A stretch of 64,000 nt of DNA from the human T2T-CHM13v2.0 reference genome, Homo sapiens, in assembly GCF_009914755.1 (NCBI RefSeq), contig NC_060937.1. The stretch is one strand, 5' to 3'. Within the stretch, counting starts at the first letter, position 1. Every line of letters begins with the position of its first letter. Under the pieces are notes generated by a model. That model did no database searches. It saw only the letters and a list, made by a program, of their open reading frames with translations, and was not told where the DNA came from. Shown piece after piece: positions 40,442 to 52,117 of the stretch. The position numbers and the translations under genes were made by a program.

Positions 40442-41847
40442 TGTGTCCATATTTTTAAAAGATGATTCTAGTTAGAGTGTTGATTAAGGATTGCAGTGAA
40501 AATTCAGCCATAGAGCTATTTTTGTAATCCAGAGGAGAGGGTATGGTGGATCCAAGAAAGGAGATGACCAACAGGGAAAAGGGGATAATAGTATTACTTA
40601 AGAGGTGGATTTAGCAGGACTTGCTGATCAATTAGATGTGGAGAAGTGAGGAGGTAAGAGCATTCTAAGAAGTCTCTCAAGTTCCAGGCTGTGGAACTGG
40701 GCAGAAGATAGTGTCACTCAGTGAAATACAGCATGCTCAGGAAGAACCAGGTCCATGTTGGTTAGTGGTGGAAAGGGAGATACCAAGTAAAGTTCTGGAT
40801 ATGTTGTGTTAGATTGTGAGACAGACAGTGAAGATGAGGCCTAGACAGATGTGTATGTGGAATTGTTCAATTTTACCGTTATTTTAGTATTTTTAAATAT
40901 ACAAATAATTAGTGAGAAATGATAAAATAATTCTTAGAATAGCAAAACATTTCACAGTTTAGGAAAGATAACATGCCTGATATCCTATAATATATGTTAG
41001 ATCTGTAAAAGGGTTCAATGGATCATTATGGTAATTGGAAGATAAAATGAGTTTTATTCTATTTTTATTAAAGTAATAGTCTCTTGCTTGTTTGGAAGAC
41101 ACCTAAGACCACTAAGTCATAAGCTATCAATTCTTTCAAATCATTGAAACTTCTCAAAAAAGAAACTCAAATCTAAAATAGTGTCCAAGGTTGATGGTAA
41201 GCCACGGGTTAACTGGTGCTTCCAATCTCTTTTTCTTTAAACTTTATTGAGGTAAATTTTACTAATTATAAAATCAACTATACAAGAATATGGTTAATTA
41301 TTTTTAGTAAATTTACAGAGTTGTGTAAACATCATTAAAATCCAATTTTAGAACATTTCTATTATGTAAAAACGTTTCATTATGCTATTTACAGTAATCA
41401 TTATTCTCACTCCCAGGCCCAGGCAACCACTGATCTGCTTTCAGTCTCTATTTTTATTTTCTGGAAATTTTATAAAAATTAAATTATGTAATATGTAGTA
41501 TATCATATCTGGCTTCTTTTCCTTAGTATGATGGTTTTGAAGTTCATTCATATTGTTCTGTTTTATTGTTGAGTTGTGTTCCAATGTATTAGCAGACCAC
41601 ATTTTGTTTATTCTTCTACCATTTAAATTGTTTTTGGTTTGGAGTTATTATCAATAATAGTACATTATTATCAATAATGCAAAAATAATGAACCAGATTA
41701 TATATTGTACATTCACATACAATTCTGTGTGAAAAGGTATATTTATTTCACTTGGTTAGATATCTAGTGATGGAATTGCTAAGTTTTGGGGTAAGAATAT
41801 GCTTTGATAAACTAACAGACTGCTTTCCAAGGTAACTTCTTTATTTT

Positions 41848-42605
41848 CAATGCTTGTCCCCTCCAAAATTCATGTTGAAATATAATTGCCAAAGTAATGG
41901 TTTTGAGAGGTGGGGACTTCAGAGGTGATTAGGCTGTGAAGATTTCACATTGTCTTAGTCCATTTCTACTGTTTTAACACAACACCACAGACTAAGTAAC
42001 TGTAGTAAACAGAATGTTTATTGACTCGCAGTTCTGGAGGCTGGAAGTTTATGATTGAGGGGTCAACATCTGGTGAGGGCCTTCTTGCTGCATCAGCACA
42101 TGGTGGAAGGCAGAAGGGCAAAAAGAGGGCAAGAGAAATGGGGAAGAGTTTGAGCTCACTCATTTATAACAAACCCACTTCCTTGATAACATCATTAATT
42201 AACAAGAGTCTTGGTGGCCTAATCACCTCTTAATGATCCTACATCTTAATAATGTTAAAATGGCAATTAAATATCAGCATGAATTTTTGAGGCAGTAACA
42301 TTCAAACCATAGCAATTCTCATGAGTGGACTTAATGCCTTAGTAAGAAGGCTTTCAGGAGAGGAGTCTCTCTCTTGGCTCTTCCACTTTTTTTACATGAG
42401 AGAAGCAGTATTCCTCCCCTCTGGAGGATGCAGTGTTCAAGGCAACATCTTGGAAGTGAAGAGCAGGCCCTCACCAGACACCAAACCTGCCACCACTTTG
42501 ATATTGGACATTCCAGCCTCCAGAACAGTGAGCCAATAAATTTTGTTCATTATAAATTACCCAGTCTGTGGTCTTCTGTTATATCAGCACAAATGAACTA
42601 TGAGA
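41848..42605 (+). mobile_element. MSTC-like LTR split by a second MST LTR
   Basis: tgtcccctccaaaattcatgttgaaat...; ccctcaccagacaccaaacctgcc...ccagcctccagaacagtgagccaataaa...ataaattacccagtct. Confidence 0.8.
41951..42314 (-). mobile_element. MSTD-like LTR
   Basis: tgtcttagtccattt...catctggtgagggccttcttgctgcatca...cattcaaaccatagca; TG...CA ends. Confidence 0.85.
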
Positions 42606-42946
42606 GTACCCTTAGCATTTTGTATTCTCAGTAGTAGTGTAAGTGGGTTCTAGTTTATCCACAACTTTACCAACCTTTAGTGTTGTCAGTGTTTTTAATC
42701 AGACCATCCAGTGGGTATAGAGTGTTATCGAATTGTGATTTTAATTTGCAGTTCCTTAATGGCTAATAATGTTGAACATATACTTATTATTACTTGTATA
42801 TTTCTGGTAAAATATTCACATATTTTGCTCATCTTTAATTATATCACTTGTCTTCTTAATATTGAGTTTGAGGTTTTTTTCATATTTTGTAAATAAATTG
42901 TTGACCAAACATAAATTCAAATTTTTTCTGCCAGTTTGTGGCGTGG

Positions 42947-43247
42947 CTCCCCTTCCTCTTGCCCTTCCCCTTCCCTTTCGCTTCCCTTTCACTTTCCTTT
43001 CACTTCCCTTCCCCTCCCCTCCCTTCCCTCCCCTGCCCTCCCTTCTCTCCCCTCCCCTCCTTCCTTCCCTCCCTCCCTTCCCTTCTCCTCCCTTTCTTTC
43101 TTTCCTGTCTTTTCTTTTCCTTTTTTTCTTTCTCTTGCTTGCTTTTTCTTTTTTCCCCTCCCTCCCTCCCTTCCTTCCTTCTTTTCCTTCCTTCCTTCGT
43201 TTCTCCCTCCCTCCTTCCCTTCCTTCCTTCCTTCCATTCTTTCTTTT
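42947..43247. repeat. ~300-bp polypyrimidine low-complexity tract (CCCTT/CTTC/CTTT units)
   Basis: Almost entirely C/T on the plus strand. Confidence 0.95.
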
Positions 43248-43640
43248 GACAAGCAAACATTTTAAATTGTCATGAAGCCATATTTATTAGTTTTTAAAAG
43301 ATATTGCTTTTGGAATCATAAATGTAAAATATTTGCCTAATCCAATGTCACAAAGATTTTCTTCTATAATTTATTCTGGAAATTTTGTGGTTATTTTAAT
43401 TGTTATTCATTTTGAGTTATTTTCTGCATGTGGAATAATATATGGGTTAAGAACATTTTTGTATATGAATATTCAATTGTCCCAGCAGAGTTTGTTGAAA
43501 AGACTCTGCATTCCTTATTAAATTGCCTTGGCATCTTTGTCAAAAATCATTTGATTATAACTGTAAGGGTACATTTCAGTACTCAATTCCATTGCATTGA
43601 TCTATATATCTATCCTACACCAAGACCATATTGTCTAGAT

Positions 43641-43860
43641 GTGTTGTTAGCGAACTAGGGCTCCCTGGACAAATCTAGTCCATTGAAAGTTTTTGTAAAT
43701 AATGTTTTATTGGAACATAGTCACACGCACTTATTTATGTATTGTCTATGACTGTTTTCACACTAAAATGAGAAATTTGAGTAGTTGTAACAAAGACCGT
43801 ATGACCCAAAAAAGCTAAAATATATACTGCTTTGTCCTTTTGGTCTTTTGGCAATGCTTG
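43641..43860. mobile_element. MER58A-like hAT-Charlie fossil
   Basis: tttttgtaaataatgttttattggaacatagtcacac...tgagtagttgtaacaaagaccgtatg; 8-bp TSD gtctagat/atctagag. Confidence 0.85.
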
Positions 43861-43950
43861 ATCTAGAGTCTTAGAATTTTCAAATAAGTATTGAAATTAG
43901 ATAGTAAAGTTTGGCAACTTTAGATCCTTTACATTTCCAAACATATTTTG

Positions 43951-46345
43951 TATACCATTTTTTTTTATTCATCTGTTGATGGATACTTAGGTTGATTTCA
44001 TATCTTGGCTATTATTAGTATTGCTGCAGTAAACATAGAGTGAAGATATCTCTTCAACATACTGATTGTCTTTCTTTTGGATATATACTTAGCAGTGGGA
44101 TTGTGGGATTATATGGTAGTTCTATTTTTAGTTTTGAGAGAAACCTTCCTACTGTTTTCCACAATGTCTGTACTAATTTACATTTCCATCAACACTGTAT
44201 GAGTTCCTATTTCTCCACATCCTTGCCAGCATTTGTTATTCTTCTGTCTTTTTGGTAATAGTCATTCTAATGGGGGTGAGATGATATCTCTTTGTGGTTT
44301 TTGTATTAGTTCATTCTCACATTGCTATAATGAAATGCCTGAGACTGGGTAATTTATACAGAAAAGAGGTTTAATTGGCTTATGGTTCTCCAGGCTGTAT
44401 AGGAAGCATAGCAGCTTCTAATTCTGGGGAGGCCTCAGGAAATTTACAATCATGGCAGAAGGTGACAAGGAAGCAGGCATGTCTTACGTAGCTGGAGCAG
44501 GAGGGAGGTCGGGGGTAGGTGCCACACACTTTTAAACAACTAGATCTCACAAGAACTCCCTCATGATCATGACACAATACCAAGGTAGAAATGCACCCCC
44601 CTGATTCAATCACCTCCCACTAGGCCCCACCTCCAACATAGGGGATTACATTTTCACATGAGATTTGGGCAGGGACACAGATCCAAACTATAACAGTTTC
44701 GATTTGCATTTTCCTGACAGTTAGTTATGTTGAGCAATTTGTCATGAACACATTGGCCATTAGTATGTCTTCTTTTGAAAGACGTCTCTTTGGCTCATTT
44801 GCCCATTTTTAATCAGATTATTTTGTTTGCTGTTCGTTTGTTTGTTTCCTAAGTTGTTTGAGTCCCTCATATCTTCTGGATAATAATCTCTTCTCAGACG
44901 AGTAGCTTGCAAATATTTTCTCCCATTCTGCAGATTGTCTTTACACTTTGTCAATTGTTTCCTTTGCTGTGAAGAAGGTTTTTGGCTTCGTGTAATTCCA
45001 TTTTTCTATTTTTGCATTTGTTGCTTATGCTTCTGAGATTTTCTCCATAAAATATTTGCCGAGACCAATGTCCTAAAGTGTTTCTCCAATTTTTTATTCT
45101 AGTAGTTTCAGAATTCCACGTCTTAGATTAAATCTTTAATGCATTTTGAGTTGATTTTTTTCTATGGTAAGAGAGAGAGGTCTAGTTTTATTCTTCTGCA
45201 TATGGACATCCAGTTTTCCCAGCCCTGTTTATTGAAGAAATTGTCCTTTCCCTAATGTATGTTCTTGGTACCTTTCTCAAAAACGAGTTTACTGTAAAGG
45301 CATGTATTGATTTCCAGGTTCTCTTCTCTTACATTGGTCAAAGTGTTTGTTTTTATACCAGTACCAAACTGTTTTGGTTACTACAACTTTATAGTATAAT
45401 CTGAAATCTGATAATGTGATGTCTCCAGGTTTGTTCTTTTTTGCTGAGGATTGCTTTGGCTATTCTGGGTGTTTTCTGGTTTTATACACATTTTAGAATT
45501 TTTTTATGTTTCTGTGAAGAATGTTGCTGGCATTTTCATAGGGATTGCATTAAAGCTGTAGATTTCTTTGGTAACACAGTCATTTTCAGAATATTAATTA
45601 TTTTAGTCCATAAACATGATACGTATTTCCATTTTTGTGTCCTTTCAAATTTTTATCAGTATTTTACAGTTTCCCTTATAGAAATTGTTCACCTTCTAGG
45701 TTAAATTTATTCTCAGGAATTTTTTTGTAGCACTTGTAAATAGGATTGCTTTTTTTATTTCTCTTATCCATTAATTCTTTGTTGTATAGAAGCACTACTG
45801 ATTTTTTATGTTGATTTTGTATCTTGAAACTTTAATGAATTTGTTTATCAATAGTAAATATTTTTAGTAGAGTTTTCTCTACATGTATATGATTGTATCA
45901 TCTGCAGAGATGACTTATTCAGCCAATCATAGAAAGATAAATATTACATTTTCTCACTCAAATGTGGAAGCTAAAAATGTTGACAGATATCATAGAAGTA
46001 GAGAGTAAAATAGTGATTAATAAAGGCTAGGAAGGGCAGGGGGAAGAGGGAAAGGGTCAAAGTTGGTTAATGGAAACAAAAGCACAGCTACATAGGAGAA
46101 ATAAATTCCATTATTCTATAGCACTATAGCATGAATACAATAAACAATGATTTATTTTGTATTTTTAAATGCTAGAAGAGTGAATTTTGAATGTTCTCAG
46201 CACCAAGAAATGATAAATGTTTGAGGTGATGGATATGCTAGTATCCCTGATTTGATCATTACACATTGTATTGATGTATTGAAATATCACATTGCACCAC
46301 ATAAATATGTACAGTTATTATCTGTCAATTAAAAGAATAATAAGA
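43951..46345 (+). mobile_element. L1MA4/5-like element with 5' inversion (inverted part 43951-45910, sense 3' end 45920-46345); hosts an MSTA
   Basis: Antisense ORF2, then sense 3'UTR catagaagtagagagtaaaatagtg...gaaatgataaatgtttgaggtgatggatatg; host L1MB resumes on both sides. Confidence 0.85.
44302..44695 (-). mobile_element. MSTA solo LTR
   Basis: tgtattagttcattctcacattgctata...acacagatccaaactataaca; TSD gtttt/gtttc. Confidence 0.93.
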
Positions 46346-46657
46346 ATTGACACTAATTTTTACAACTAGAACTTGATAGAATTTTTATAAAAATTGTGTT
46401 CAATCTGTAGATCATTTTGGGAAGTACTGCCATTTTAACAATATCATGTTCTCATTTATGAGTGAAAGACATTGCACTATTTATGTAGATACTTTCAATA
46501 ATGTTTTGTATTTTTCAGTATATAGGTTTTTTCTTTTGTTACATTTATACCTAAGTAATTAGTTATTCCTTCTGTTAAAAATTTTCTTTTAATTTTATGT
46601 TCAGATTGTTAAACCAACTTTGTATTCCAGGAATAAATCCCTCTTGATCATGGTATA

Positions 46658-48951
46658 TGATATGGTTTGGCTGTGTCCTCACCCAGATCTTATCTTCAAT
46701 TGTAACTCCCACAATTCCCACATGTCATGGGAGGGACCCAGTGGGAGGTAACTGAATCATGGGGGCAGGTCTTTCTCATGCTGTTCTCACAATAGTGATT
46801 AAGTTGCATGAGATCTTATGGTTTTATAAAGAGAAGTTCCCCTTCATAAGCCCTCTCTCTTTGCCTGCCACCATCCATGTAAGATGTGACTTGCTTCTCC
46901 TTGCCTTCCACCATGATTGTGAGGCCTCCCCATCCATGTGGAACTGTAAGCCTAATAAACCTCTTTTTCTTCCCAATCTCAGGTATGTCTTTAACAGCAG
47001 TGTGAAAATGAACTAATACAGTAAATTGGTACCAGTAGAGTGAGGCACTGCTTAAAAGATACTTGAAAATGTGGAAGTGACTTTGGAACTGGGTAACAGG
47101 CAGAGGTTTGAACAGTTTGGAGGGCTCAGAAGACAGGAAAATGTGGGAAAGTTTGGAACTCCCTACAGACTTGTTGAATGGCTTTCCTCAAAATGATGAT
47201 AGCAATATGGACAATAAAGTCTGTGTTGAGATGTCTCAGATAGAGATTAAGAACTTGTTGGGAACTGGAGTAAAGATGACTCTTGTTATGTTTTAGCAAA
47301 GAGACTGGTAGCATTTTGCCCCTGCCCTAGAGATCTGTGGAACTTTTAACTTGAGAGAGATGATTTAGGGTATCTGGAGAATAAAACTTCTAAGCAGCAA
47401 AGCATTTAAGAGGCAAGTTGGGTGCTGTTAAAGGCATTCAGTTTTATAAGGGAAGCAGATCACAAAAGTTTGGAAACTTTGCAGCCTGGCAATGAAATAG
47501 AAAAGAAAATCTCATTTTCTGAGGTGAAATTAAAGCTGGCTGCAGAAATTTACATGTTACAAGGAGCCGAATATTAATCCCCAAAACAATGGGGAAAATG
47601 CCTCCAGGACATTTCAGAGGTCTTCACAGCAGGTGCTCCCATCACAGGCCTGGAGGCCCAGGAGGAAAAAGTGGTTTCATGGTCCGGGCCTAGGGTCCCC
47701 ATGCTGTGTGCAGCCTATGGACTTGGTACCCTATGTCCCAGCTGCTCCAGCCATGGCTGAAAGGAGCCAACATACAGCTTGGGCTGTGGCTTCAGAGGGT
47801 AGAAGCCCAAACCTTGCCAGATTCCATGTTTTGTTGAGCCTGCAGGTGTGCAGAAGTCAAGAATTGAGGTTTGGGAACCTCTGTCTAGATTTCAAAAGCT
47901 GTATGGAAATGCCTGGATACCCAGGCAGTTTGCTGCAGGGGCAGGGCCCTCATGGAGAACCTCTGCTAGGGTAGTGCAGAAGGGAGATGTGGGGTTGAAG
48001 TCCCCACACAGAGTCCCTACTGGGGCACCACCTAGTGGGTTGTGAGAAGAGGGCCACAGTCCTCCAGACCCCAGAATGGTAGATTCACCAACAGCCTGCA
48101 TCATCCACCTGGAAAAGCCATGGACACTCAACGCCAGTCCATGAAAGCAGCTGGAGGGAGGCTGTACCTTGCAAAGCCACAGGATCAGAGCTGCCCAAGA
48201 CCATGGGAACCCACCTCTTGCATCAGCATGACCCAGATGTGAGACAGGAGTCAAAGGAGATCATTTGGGAACTTTAAGATTTGACTGCCTTGCTGGATTT
48301 TGGACTTGTAATGGGTCCATAGCCCCTCTGTTTTGGCCAATTTCTCCCATTTGGAACTGCTGTATTTACCCAATGCCTATACCACCCTGTATCTAGGAAG
48401 TAACTAGCTTGCTTTTGATTTTACAAGCTTGTAGGAGGAAGGGACTTGCCTTGTCTCAGATGAGACTTTGCACTGTGGACTTTTGAGTTAATGCTGAAAT
48501 GAGTGAAGACTTTGGGGGCCTGTTGGGAAGGCATGATTGGTTTTGAAATGTAAGGATATGAGATTTGGGAGGGGCCAGGGGCAAAATGATATGGTTTGGT
48601 TCTGTGTCCCCACCCAAATGTCATCTTGAATGGTAACTCTCACAATTCCCATGTGTCATGGGAGGGACCCAGTGGGAGGTAACTGAATCATGAGGGCAGG
48701 TCTTTCTCATGCTGTTCTCGTGATAGTGAATAAGTCTCATGGGATCTGATGGTTTTATTAAAAAAAGTTGCCCTGTACAAGTTCTCTCTCTTTGCCTACC
48801 ACCATCCATTTAAGATGTGACTTGCTCCTCTTTGCCTTCTGCCGTGATTGTGAAGCCTCCCCATTCATATAGAATTGTAAGTCTATTAAACCTCTTTTTC
48901 TTCCCAGTCTCAGGTATGTCTTTATCAGCAGTGTGAAAATTGGATAATACA
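46658..48951 (+). mobile_element. Full-length THE1 (THE1A-like) MaLR provirus: 5' LTR 46658-47020, internal 47021-48586, 3' LTR 48587-48951
   Basis: Two homologous LTRs tgatatggtttgg...taataca; internal part starts gtaaattggtaccag and ends in purine-rich gggaggggccaggggcaaaa; TSD gtata/gtgta. Confidence 0.96.
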
Positions 48952-49071
48952 GTGTATAATCTTTTTCTATGCTGTTGCATTGATTTAATAATATTTAGTT
49001 AAGAATTATAGTGTCTATGTTCATGAAGGATATTGGTTTCTTCTCTATTTATCTTTAGCTCTGCTATCACA

Positions 49072-49812
49072 ATATTTTAGTTTGCTACTGTTGCCGTAAC
49101 AAGTGACTACAAACTTGTGACTTGATACAACACAAATTTATTATCCCAGTTCCATGCATCAAAGGAGCAGTTAGCTAAATCCTCTGTTGAGATCTCACAA
49201 GCTGAAATCAAGATGTCTGCTGATGCCGAGGTTCTCATTTGAAACCTGGGTCCACTTCTCAGCTCTCAGGTTATTGGTAGACTTTACTTCCTTGCTGTTA
49301 TACTACTAGGCTCCCCATTTTCTTGCTGGCTTTTAGCTGAGGGTAACTTTGAACATCTAAATGGATGTTTCTTTTCATCTGCAGTTAACAACATAGTGGT
49401 TTACATTCTTCCTCAAGGCCAATAGAAGCCATCTCTTGAATTCTTATGGTAGGAGTTGCAGATATTGTTATTTTCAAAAAGTTTGTGTGATTAGATTCAG
49501 CCTACCTGGATTTTTTTCTTTTTGTCTTTCTTTTGACAAGTAAACATTTTAAATTTTCATGATGTCAAATTTATGATTTTTAATAGATATTGCTTTTAGA
49601 ATCATAGATTTAAAATATTTCCCTAATTCAATGTCACAAAGATTTTCTTCTATGATTTCTTTTGGGAGTTTTCTGAGTATTTTAAGGTTAACTGATTTGG
49701 ACCATAAATTACATCTGTAAAATCCCTTTGTAGAAATACCTAAATTATAAATGGAACTAACAAATTAGTGAATTTGTGGGGAGGGACTATCTTTAGAATA
49801 TGGTTTATCACA
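49072..49812 (-). mobile_element. MLT1E-like LTR containing a ~165-bp L1-derived insertion
   Basis: gccgtaacaagtgactacaaact...acaacacaaatttattatc; gtgattagattcagcctacctgga [insert] tttaaggttaactgatttggaccataaattacatctgtaaaatccc. Confidence 0.8.
49525..49675 (+). repeat. Direct local duplicate of 43238-43389
   Basis: Hand alignment: 18 substitutions and 1 gap over 152 columns (~87%). Confidence 0.85.
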
Positions 49813-51556
49813 CAGAGTAAGAATGGTTTCATAGCATGATTTAGAAAGTATTCCTACTCCTATATTTTCTAAAACATTTTATGTAAGCTTGGCATTATTT
49901 TTTCTTTAAATATTTGATACAATATGCTAGTGAAGTCATCTGGGCTGGGATTTTCTTTTTGGCAAATGTAAAAATTACCAGTTCTAGTGCGGAAGTAGAG
50001 CAAGATGGCTGAATAGAATCCTCCAGCGATTGTCCCCCATCCACAGGCACACCAAATTAACCAACCATACATGCAAGAAAGCACCTTCATAAGAACCAAA
50101 AAGTCCAATGAGTAATCACAGTACCTGATTTGAACATCATATCAAGAAAGAAGGCACTGAAGAGAGTGGGAAAGACAGTCTTGCATTGGCTACCACCACT
50201 CCCTTAATTCCAGGTAGCACTGTATAGAGACAGAATCTGTGTGCCTTGGGGAGAGAAATAAATGTGAATATGGGATTCTGAATTAGAATTCAGTGCTGTC
50301 CTTTCACAGCAGAACACAACATAGGGAAGAATTCTACTGACATGCACAGACAGAGCATTTAGATAAAGCCCTGGGTCAGAGGAAAATTCCTTGCCCCAGT
50401 GGGAGGAACCTGAGTCCCAGCTGGCTTCACTACTGGCTAAGTTGCCTGAGGCCCAGAATACATTTGAGTGGCAGTCAGACCATAGTAAATGCAGTCCTTA
50501 GGCAAGCCCTGGTATTGTGCAGGACTCAAAAGCAGTGCACTTGGGGTGCACACAACCCAGTGCAACATCAGCTATGGTGACCAAAAAAGTGCCGATGTCA
50601 CACTTCTCCCAATTCCAAGCAGTGCAACTCCAGGAGAGACTCCTGCTTGGGGGAAGGAGAGGGAAGTGTACAGAACACTTTGTTCTTCAACTTGGATATC
50701 AGCTCAGCCACAGTAAAAAAAAAGCACCTATCAGAATCCTGAAGTTCCAATTTGTAGGCTTTTGCTCCTAGGGATGGCATTTCTAGACCCAACCTAGGCT
50801 AGATGGGAATTTGTAGCCCTAATGGGACAGATCCAGTTGTGGCAGAATTTGCCACCTACTGATTAAAGGACTCTTGGGCCTTGAATAAATGTCACTGGCA
50901 GCCTGGCAGTACTGGCTACCGATCTTGGGTAATCCATAGGATTATGCTGGTCTGTAAGACTTCGAGAGCAACCTTGTACAGTGTCAGCTGTGGTGGCTAC
51001 ATGAGTGCTCACATAACATGTACTCAAACTTCAAGAAGCCTAGCATGGAGAGAAACTCCTTTTCATTGGAAAAAAGAGGGAAGAGAGCAAGAGACTTTGC
51101 CTGATTGCCCAGAAAATTTTCCTTTATCTTACCCAAGTCTACCAAGGGTATGTATCTAGGAGTCTGAAAGATTCACAGCATTCCTTTTTCTAGTCTTAAA
51201 CAGTGGCAGTGGTGGTATGCTTAGGTCACGAAATTCCATCCTCTTTGAATTCACGGAAAGGCCTCTCAAGAAGTACAGGTACCAACAAGGCCAGACTGCA
51301 AAGACTGTAATAAATGCTTAACCCTTTAATGCCTAGACATTGACAAACATCTACCAGCACCAAGAACACCCAGGAAAACATGAAATCAGTCAAAATAAGG
51401 AACTGGTGACCAATCCTGGAGTGACAGAGATATGTGGCCTTTCAGACAGGAAATTCAAAATAGCTATCTTAAGGAAACTGAATGAATTGCAAGGTAACAT
51501 GGAAAAGGAATTTGAAATTCTACCAGAGAAATTCAACAAAGAAATATAAATAATAA

Positions 51557-52117
51557 CTGGTCACTACCATTCAACAAGTCTCCAGGAAGTTTCAAACTTT
51601 CCATTTTCTTTGTCTTTTTATGAGCCCTCAAAACTGTTCCAACCTCTGCCTGTTACCCAGTTTCAAAGTCACTTCCACATTTTCAGGTATTTTTACAGCA
51701 ATGCCTCACTTTTCTGGTACCAATTTTCTGTATTAGCCCGTTCTTATATTGCCACAAAGAACTACCTGAGACTGGGTATTTTATAAAGAGATTTAATTAG
51801 CACAGGTTCTGCAGGCTGTATAGGAAGCATGACTAAGGAGGGCTCAGAAAACTTACAATCATGGCAGAAGGCAAAGGGGAAGCAAGAACATCTTACATGG
51901 TAGGAGCAGGAGGAAGAGAGAATGAAGGGGGAAGTGCTATACACTTTTAAACAACCAGATCTTGTGAGAACTCTATCATGACAAAGCGGTAGAAGGATGG
52001 TACTAAACATTAGTATCCAACTCCATCATTCAATCACTTCCTACCAGGCCCCACCTCAACACTTGGTATCACATTCACCACGAGATTTTCATTTGGACAC
52101 AGAGTCAAACCTTATCA
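51557..52117 (-). mobile_element. MSTA 5' LTR (51729-52117) plus the first ~170 bp of internal sequence; the rest is deleted
   Basis: LTR tgtattagcc...aaaccttatca next to MST-int start (reverse complement gaaaattggtaccag); no second LTR. Confidence 0.88.

Larger units (their letters stand above)
39715..40860 (-). mobile_element. L2 fragment split by an Alu
   Basis: gaagcttatattttagtaggagaaacagacattaaacaa; ctgagatctgaagg; aggacttgctgatcaattagatgtgga. Confidence 0.75.

Noticed and set aside
42816-43275. K/E/G/R-rich and P/F/S/L-rich ORFs open in several frames
   Set aside because: Artefact of the polypyrimidine tract, which lacks stop codons
46920-46940. PRDM9 hotspot motif (CCTCCCTNNCCAC) position in THE1 LTRs
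   Set aside because: Reads CCTCCCCATCCAT here, CCTCCCCATTCAT in the 3' LTR and CTTCCCCAGCCAC in the solo LTR; none matches the motif
47633-48254. ORFs of 65-120 aa in the THE1 internal region
   Set aside because: Fragmented MaLR internal sequence with no continuous reading frame; MaLRs lack pol
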